Assembly (NCBI RefSeq): GCF_009914755.1 | Contig: NC_060931.1 | Length of the DNA stretch: 64,000 bases | DNA from: the human T2T-CHM13v2.0 reference genome, Homo sapiens | Strand: one strand, 5' to 3' | In this document: positions 56,901 through 64,000 of the stretch, one piece after another | How positions within the stretch are numbered: the stretch's first letter is position 1 | Layout: every line of letters begins with the position of its first letter | Notes under the pieces: model-generated | The model's input: the letters and a program-made list of their open reading frames with translations, nothing else | What the model was told of the DNA's origin: nothing | Database searches by the model: none | Made by a program: the position numbers and the translations under genes

Positions 56901-57062
56901 ACTCAATGGGGAAGCAGGCAGGTCTTAGGAAGGTACCAAAGCAAGTGGTGAAGGCAAGAGAAAAAGAAAGCAGTGGAGCTGGCCTGAGTTTGATAGGATA
57001 GGATTTGTGTTAATGAAGTTTAATAAGAGGGCACATCTCTTTCCAGCTCACCAGTACATAAC

Positions 57063-57453
57063 TGTGTTGGTCAGTTTTGGCTGCTATAAGAGAATACTAT
57101 AGGTTGAGTGGTCTAAACAACATAAATATGTTTTTCATGGTTCTTGAGGTTGGGAAGTCTAAGACCAAGGTATCAAAATGCGGGCAGATTCCACGTCTGC
57201 TGAGGGCACATAATGAGAAGCTGCAGACAACCATTTTGTTATTGTATGTTCTCATCGAAGAAAAATAGAGACAGAGAGAGAAAGACAGAGAGCACACACT
57301 CTTAAGTCTCTTCTTATGAGTGCACCAGTCCCATCATAGGGGCTCCACCCTCATGACCTAATTAGCCCCCAAAGGCCCCACTCCTAATACCACCCACAGG
57401 GGCTCGGGGTTTCAATATGTGAATTTTGAGGGACACAAACATATAGTCTATAA
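57063..57453 (-). mobile_element. MaLR solo LTR (MSTD/MLT1A-like)
   Basis: ggctgctataagagaatactatagg...ggctccaccctcatgacctaat...gggacacaaacat. Confidence 0.8.
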
Positions 57454-57499
57454 TAATGGCCTCTCAATCCTCATTGAAATAGACCATGGATTTTAAATA

Positions 57500-57553
57500 T
57501 TAGGTTGTGCAAAACCAGTTGGGGTTTTTGCTATTGAAAGTAAAGGCAAAAAC
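57500..57553. mobile_element. MADE1 (Hsmar1-derived MITE), right arm truncated
   Basis: ttaggttg-tgcaaaaccagttggggtttttgctattgaaagtaaaggcaaaaac versus MADE1 TTAGGTTGGTGCAAAAGTAATTGCGGTTTTTGCCATT...AATGGCAAAAAC. Confidence 0.75.
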
Positions 57554-58016
57554 GAGCTAACCAGATAGGTATGTAAATATAGATTTTTATCAAGTAGTTA
57601 TGTTTTAAAATAATTAGGGGATGTGGTTATCAGGCTCCTTAGCTATTTATTATAGGAAAATACCAACACTCCTTCAAGCATTTGGCTGCCTGAAAATTTC
57701 TTAGTGATGGAATACACTCCATGAAAAGCCTCCCAGATAGTTTCCCAGAAATCCTTGGTTTGGCTCATCCATCAAAGAATACGAACTTGCAGCATCCCAT
57801 TCAGAATCCACTTGTCAGCACTGTGAAGTATCAGCTGCCTTGCTTTTGTACCAACAGGAAATCTATTGTTTAGAAGTTTGTTTTCTAGCTCTTTTTCATT
57901 GTTCTCCCAAAAAGAAAAATAATGGAATGAGACACATTTTATCAAATGATATAAGTTAGACAATGTGTCATTTCAGGAGTGTGCAAATTGAATCCTAAAC
58001 AAACTTTTTGAAGGTA

Positions 58017-58451
58017 CGTATTGATTTTCTAGGGATGCCGTATCAAAGTACCACAAACACGGTGGCTTAAAACAACATAGTTCTATTCTGTCAATGTTCT
58101 GGAGGCTGGAAGTCTAAAATGGAGGTTCAACAGGATCCTGAGGTGTCTGAAGGCCCCAGGGGAGGATCCTTCAACTCCTCTGGCTTCTGGTGGTTACCAG
58201 TAATCCTCGTTATTCTCTGGCTTATAGATACCTCCCTCCAGTCTCTGCCTCCATCTTCACATAGTCTCCTCCCCTTTGTGTTTCCGCATCTGAATTTCCT
58301 TCCTCTGATAAGGACACCACTCATGGGATTAGGTATCATCCTAATCATTATCACCTCATCTTAACCTGATTGTATCTGTAAGAACCCTATTTCCCAATAA
58401 GGCCACATTCATAGGTTTCACAGTTAGGACTTCAGTGTATCTTTTTGGAGG
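58017..58451 (-). mobile_element. MLT1C-like MaLR solo LTR
   Basis: aaagtaccacaaacacggtggcttaaaacaaca...gaccctatttcc...gttaggacttca. Confidence 0.8.
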
Positions 58452-59537
58452 ATACAATTTAGCACATAGTAAGGTATAAATGCTTTATTTTACAACCCCC
58501 TCTAATGAAAAATTAGCAGACTTCCTAAAGGAGATTCATACTTCTAATTTTATATTATCTATTCTCAAAGATGGCTCTTATGAAGTTAAAAGTCAAACAC
58601 ATACTTTGAGAAATGTGGATAACTAAAAGTTAGAGGCATTCAAACAAACAAAAACAAAAAGTATCGTGCATAGTGGATAAAAATGTGCTGGTCATAAGAA
58701 TTTGATGGTCAAATTTCTGAATGTGATTTTGTAACCTCTGCGTAGGACCACGTATAGAATTGCAAGGAAACCAATTTTAAAATTCTCCAAGGGAATTTCA
58801 TGTCCATATGCATAAGAGAGAGAACTTATCTCTGATAAATATTGGAAAGCTTTGTGTAAAAAAACAAAGTGTAAATGATAAGAAAATGTATCATTGGTTT
58901 GAAAGCACATTCTACGTGGAACTAACCGAATGTTGTATCGTTACATTTGGGTCCTTACACATGTAATGTAGAGAGAAGAGAACACCCAGCTAAGACTTGG
59001 GGTTAGCAACCCTCGGAGCAGGATTATACTTAGGGACAAGGGGAAAGAATCTGGCTTCATTGCTTTGGTTGACCCGAAAAATTTTCAGGAACAAAGGAAT
59101 TTGTAACTTGACCTTGATATGCAGCACCATGGGAACCTCCCACTACCAAATAAATGAAATCATTAAAGACTTTACTTGTAGATAGTAATAATACTGGAAA
59201 TAAAACAACCACACACACACAAAGAGTGCAATTAAAAGAAGAAAAAAATCTTAAATTTGCTTTCATTTTTCCTTAGAATGTAGTTCCCTTTCCAAAATTA
59301 CATGTATTTAAGAATAAATTAAGTCATCTTTTTGTCATACTGTACTTGTCTTGGAATTTTGTACGATGGGCATCTACTAAACAGTGAAGCATAAGCTTAA
59401 AACCATAGAAATATTACAAAGTGTTCCCAGAGAGTTGTTTACGCTAAAACAACATGAAAAGTTGAAGAGAACACCACTGGCACCCCATCGATATACATTA
59501 AATCCCTTAGCAGCAGTAAGAAATGTCCTCACATTTA

Positions 59538-59912
<375 letters not shown>

Positions 59913-60104
59913 TCAATTAAATATGGTTATTTCCTTCAAAATATAAGTCCTTAAACTCAAACTGTAATTAGATTAATGTTTGATTTTTCTCTACACTGGC
60001 TGAAATAGTAAATCTTTTTATCTTTTTTCTAGGCCTGCTTTTGCAAATGTTTTTGAATTCGCTTTGATGTTTTCATTCATACTGTCTGTTATAGAACTAA
60101 GGCC

Positions 60105-60860
60105 TACATTCATTCATTTATATCCAAAGAGATTATGGGCAACTAACAAGTAGTAGAGCTTGGATTAATAAATATTTTCTGAAAACCTGGCATTATTGTT
60201 CATGTTGAGGTAGTGAACAAATCAGGGGAAAAAGTGCTTGCTCTTGGAAGATTACATTCTAGGCCAGATAGTAAACCAATAACATTGGTTAAATGAGTGT
60301 ATTTGGGGGAAAATTAATCAGGGAGGGGACAGGAAGTTCTTGGGAGGGGATTGAGGATTATCTTTAAATGGCCAGAGAAACCTTTGATTAAGAAGATAGC
60401 ATTTGAGCAAACCCCTCAAAGGAGTGAGAACACACACACCATGAGAAGATGGGAGAGAAGAACACTCTTGGTAGAGGGGAAAGCAAGTGGAACCCGATAT
60501 CCAGCTGGTGTGTGCAGGGAGCGATTAGGAAAGGGAGTCAGTGTGGCTGAGAAAAGGTGAGGTTGGATTGTGAAGGGTCTTTAACAATGACTGAGAAGTT
60601 TGGACCGAGTGAATCTAGTTTATTTTAAAACAGTCTCTCAGGCTGCTGTTTTGGTAAAAGGCTGTAGTTGGATGAGGGAGAACAGTGGCAACTATTGCAG
60701 TAATCCAGATGAAAGAAAATCGACTAGATTGTAGCAGTGGAGCCAGTAGGTAATGATCAATTCTGCATACACATTTGGAGGTCCAGCCAGCAGGACTTGC
60801 AGACAGGTGAGATATGGGGTGTGAAAGCCAAAGGGTCAAGGATGACACCGGTCTTCCTGA
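60105..60860 (-). mobile_element. L2 fragment
   Basis: cattcattcattt start; gcatttgagcaaacccctcaaagg; ctattgcagtaatccagatga. Confidence 0.75.
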
Positions 60861-62027
60861 CGAAAAGGCTCATACCTCCCCTTTCCACTGTTTTACACTT
60901 TCTCCTTCCCCTTTCACAATTTGAGGTCCACTTCACTGTGTTTCCCTGAAAATGACTTTTGACCTATACATCCTAAAACTAAGGAATTTGTTCTGTATGT
61001 GGTCATAGTTCCACCAAAATTAACGGAACCATGGACAGCTCCCTCCCAAACAAAATTCCCAGCGTCCTGTCTCTTCTAGTTTCTTTTGATGGGTTCTCAG
61101 TCAGTTCCGAAATTCCTCAGATCAAGTCTTGGCTGAATGCTCTTTCTGCTGCATCTAGGGTCAAGAATCTACTCATCTAAAACCTGCTATGGTAAATTAA
61201 AATTCCAATCAGTCTCTAATTTGGGGACCTTGCCATTTAGAAATAAGCAAATGGAGAACCCTGACTTAAAGCTAAGAAGCTGTTATACTAAAAATAGCCT
61301 TTAAAAATATTGATTCACAAATAACCTCCTCAAGCATATACTTCCACCTTGAAAATACCACCTAACTGTAATCTTTTCCTTTTGGCCTTTGTTCCATCAG
61401 TGTTCCAACAATACTACTGGGGTTGGAGGGGGGTAGAAAGTAAACTATTTATCGCCTCTTAAAATCTAAACTGGAAATTAGCTCTCATCCACATTTACAT
61501 AGTGCTGAATATCCTTCATTAATGCTAAAGTACTTGGTTACCCTATCTCACTTTTGTGTAATATGCCTCTCTTTGAAATGCTAATTTAGTATTAAAAGCA
61601 AAAGCCAACTTTTTCTAACCAAATGACTAACAATTTATTAAATTTTAGAGTGAGATGAGGAAATCACAACTTAGAACCTTAGCAATTTCTGTAAGTTGTT
61701 AATGGTTAATTTAATTTGGCTTGGCTAATATTATATAATTGGAAATTATTTTTATTTACTGCTTCCAAACCTTTTAGTTAACATTTTGTTTTATATTTTT
61801 CTTAGTATTTTTAATATTTTCCCTCTGGTCCATTATTATTATGTGATTATTTTTTCCACTTTTTTCGTAGAGGAGTTTGTCCTCCCCTAATTGTAGTGAG
61901 TCACCTAGAAACTCTGTGTCAATTAACATTTTAAGCAGTACCTGATTATGCAAAAACAACTCCTTGTCCTTGAAAATATTCAAATCAATATTTGCTATTT
62001 TATGCAATGTTCCTCATTTTAAAAAAC

Positions 62028-62172
62028 ACTTTTTTTAACTTTTATTTTTGGTTCAGGGGTACATGTATAGGGTTTTCTATATAGGTAAATTATGTCTCAT
62101 GGGGGTTTGATGTACAGATTATTTCATCACCCAGGTGTAATAAGCATAGTACCATATAAGTAGTAGCTTTTA
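62028..62172 (-). mobile_element. L1PA15/16-like 3' end
   Basis: ttttaacttttatttttggttcaggggtacatgt...tgtacagattatttcatcacccagg. Confidence 0.85.
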
Positions 62173-63026
62173 ATACAAAAAAATTTTTAAGCCATCACTT
62201 TCTATTATGAGAATATCAATGAGAAAAAAATTTTCAATCTAATTCCCAAAGAACTTTCAGGCTTTTTTTATTTGTTTACCAATTATATGCATAAAAGAAA
62301 AGAGCACAAAAAAAGGAATTACACATTGAAATTGAACATATTAACCTCATCAGAAACTGTTTTTCCACTTGGAGATTGGAAAGTATTTATTATGTAGCCC
62401 AAGATTCCCAAGACTTTTTTTTATAGCTCCCACAAGTAAAATTTGATTAGAGCTATGTTTTAAACTAATTATCATTACAATTATTGTGATATTCTACATG
62501 CCTTTGCCTTTTTCTGGCTCTTACAACTGGCTTGCATTGGAAATACTCAGATTTAAGGAATGATTACAAGAAGTTTTCAAAGAAAAATATCATAAAATTT
62601 CAAAAACTCTTTGACTTTCAAGAATTGGCTTAACCCTGCGGCCATTTACCATTGACATGTTCTGCTTTCTTTTTTCTTGATACTGATTTTGCTCTTTTAA
62701 AATGATTAGCCTAAAAGAACATCAAGATCTGACTGTGAAAATAATACGGATAACACTAAAGATAAGTAAATTAAATATTATTTTGTATGTGAATTTTTTA
62801 GCAAATATCTTCTATATCTAAAATGCTCTTAAGTAGAGAAACTACTGGCCAAATTTTTAAAACTGTAATGCCTTGTATATCTGGTGCAAATATGTGATAG
62901 GTGTCAAGTGATTACTTGGGAAGCATAAATAAGTCTACAGTTTATCCTATGAAGTTGATTTTATTGTGCTTTAACAAAAAGAAAAAGAAATCTTTAATGT
63001 ATCCTTCATGTTTCATGAATAATCAG

Positions 63027-63522
63027 TGTTAAAAAAAATTCAAAGAGACATGTTAAAAGCATAGTAAGGAAGGCTTTATTCAGAACCATTGCAATAGATA
63101 CAGGGACCACTGCAATATAATTTTGCAGCGAGGAAGAGAGATTGGGCTCAACTCCAAGTATAGGAAGGACAAGCGGGAATTTATAGCAAAAAGCAGGGTT
63201 GGGTCAGTGGATAGAAAATTACTACAAAGAAACAATCCAGGAGTATAGGGGTTTCTAACCAAAGCCACCTAACCAGAATTCTTGCCAAAAACAGGCTAGA
63301 GTGATCAGACATCATCTGTGGGGTGGTGCAGGAGGAACGTGGTCAGGTATCAAGGATGATGAGATACTGAGAACGATCAGCTCTCAAGGGCGGGGAGTTC
63401 TGGCTAAACTGACTTCGCAGGGTTCTTTTGCTAAAACTGGATTTTACAAGAGAGTAAACAGATGGGCCTAGGAGAAAGTTCAGAGCCTGATTAAAATTTG
63501 GTAAAGAAAAGAATCTTCATCA
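63027..63522 (-). mobile_element. MER31-like ERV1 solo LTR (second copy)
   Basis: Colinear similarity with 39303-39810 (gggaccactgcaat; gggtcagtggat; gctaaactgactt; acagatgggcct). Confidence 0.75.
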
Positions 63523-63911
63523 TGGGTTAGTTCAGGTACTCTAAGAAGCAGAGGTTAAGACAGAATCAGACAATCAAAAGATTTATTGGGCAAGTACTTC
63601 TAAAGGAAAAAGAGGTTAAAGAGGAGCTCTGACATTCAAGAATGGTGAAAGGGAAGGATGAGTGAGTGGGTAGGGCCCCAGATGGTTGCACAGCTGAGGC
63701 AGTATTGGCCAGTCTCTAGCAAAAATTGTCTGTTAGAATCTTGTGTCAGAAAGAAATGGCCTGGCTCTCTTACTCCTGCTGTGTTCAGACTGAGGGCAGT
63801 CCAGGCAGCGTGGCCTCAGCTGGTAAGCATCTGTGGACCCTATTTAGAGCAGCCAACTCTGACCTCAGGTAGGAAGGGAAATGTCACCAGGGCCCTTCCT
63901 TAGTAGCCACA
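63523..63911 (-). mobile_element. Old MLT1 (I/J/K-like) LTR
   Basis: tgggttagttcaggtactctaagaagcagag...aagatttattggg...tagtagccaca. Confidence 0.6.
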
Positions 63912-64000
63912 AGTCATTTGGTAATGACACAAAAATGCAATACATAAAGGTAGTTACAGGAAGTTATTTTAAAGCACTTCTTGACAAACCAGAAAGAAGT

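Noticed and set aside
57500-57553. miR-548 gene call
   Set aside because: The right TIR is missing, so no full precursor hairpin can form.

Overview
AT-rich primate (most likely human, chr7q35) genomic DNA lying inside CNTNAP2 (contactin-associated protein-like 2/CASPR2), transcribed on the + strand. The only genuine coding sequence is one 150-bp exon (52448-52597, canonical exon 9 from memory, part of a laminin-G domain) with AG/GT borders. The rest is the distal ~52 kb of the upstream intron and the first ~11 kb of the downstream intron. It is densely filled with Alu, L1, L2, MIR, MaLR/ERV solo LTRs, DNA-transposon fossils and microsatellites. The other ORFs in the track are repeat-derived or chance. 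I found no new multi-gene system. The best unexplained signals are: (1) a 96-nt GC-rich near-perfect hairpin at 16881-16976 with two A-C mismatches in ADAR-favoured context; (2) a TSD-flanked, twin-primed L1 (17501-18627) joining ~80 bp of 3' end to an inverted 5'UTR/ORF1 piece, with most of the element missing; (3) a 67-bp templated copy of an Alu 5' junction, including its unique flank, ~290 bp upstream of the exon. Repeat subfamily names are from recall of consensus sequences, and many repeat boundaries are approximate.
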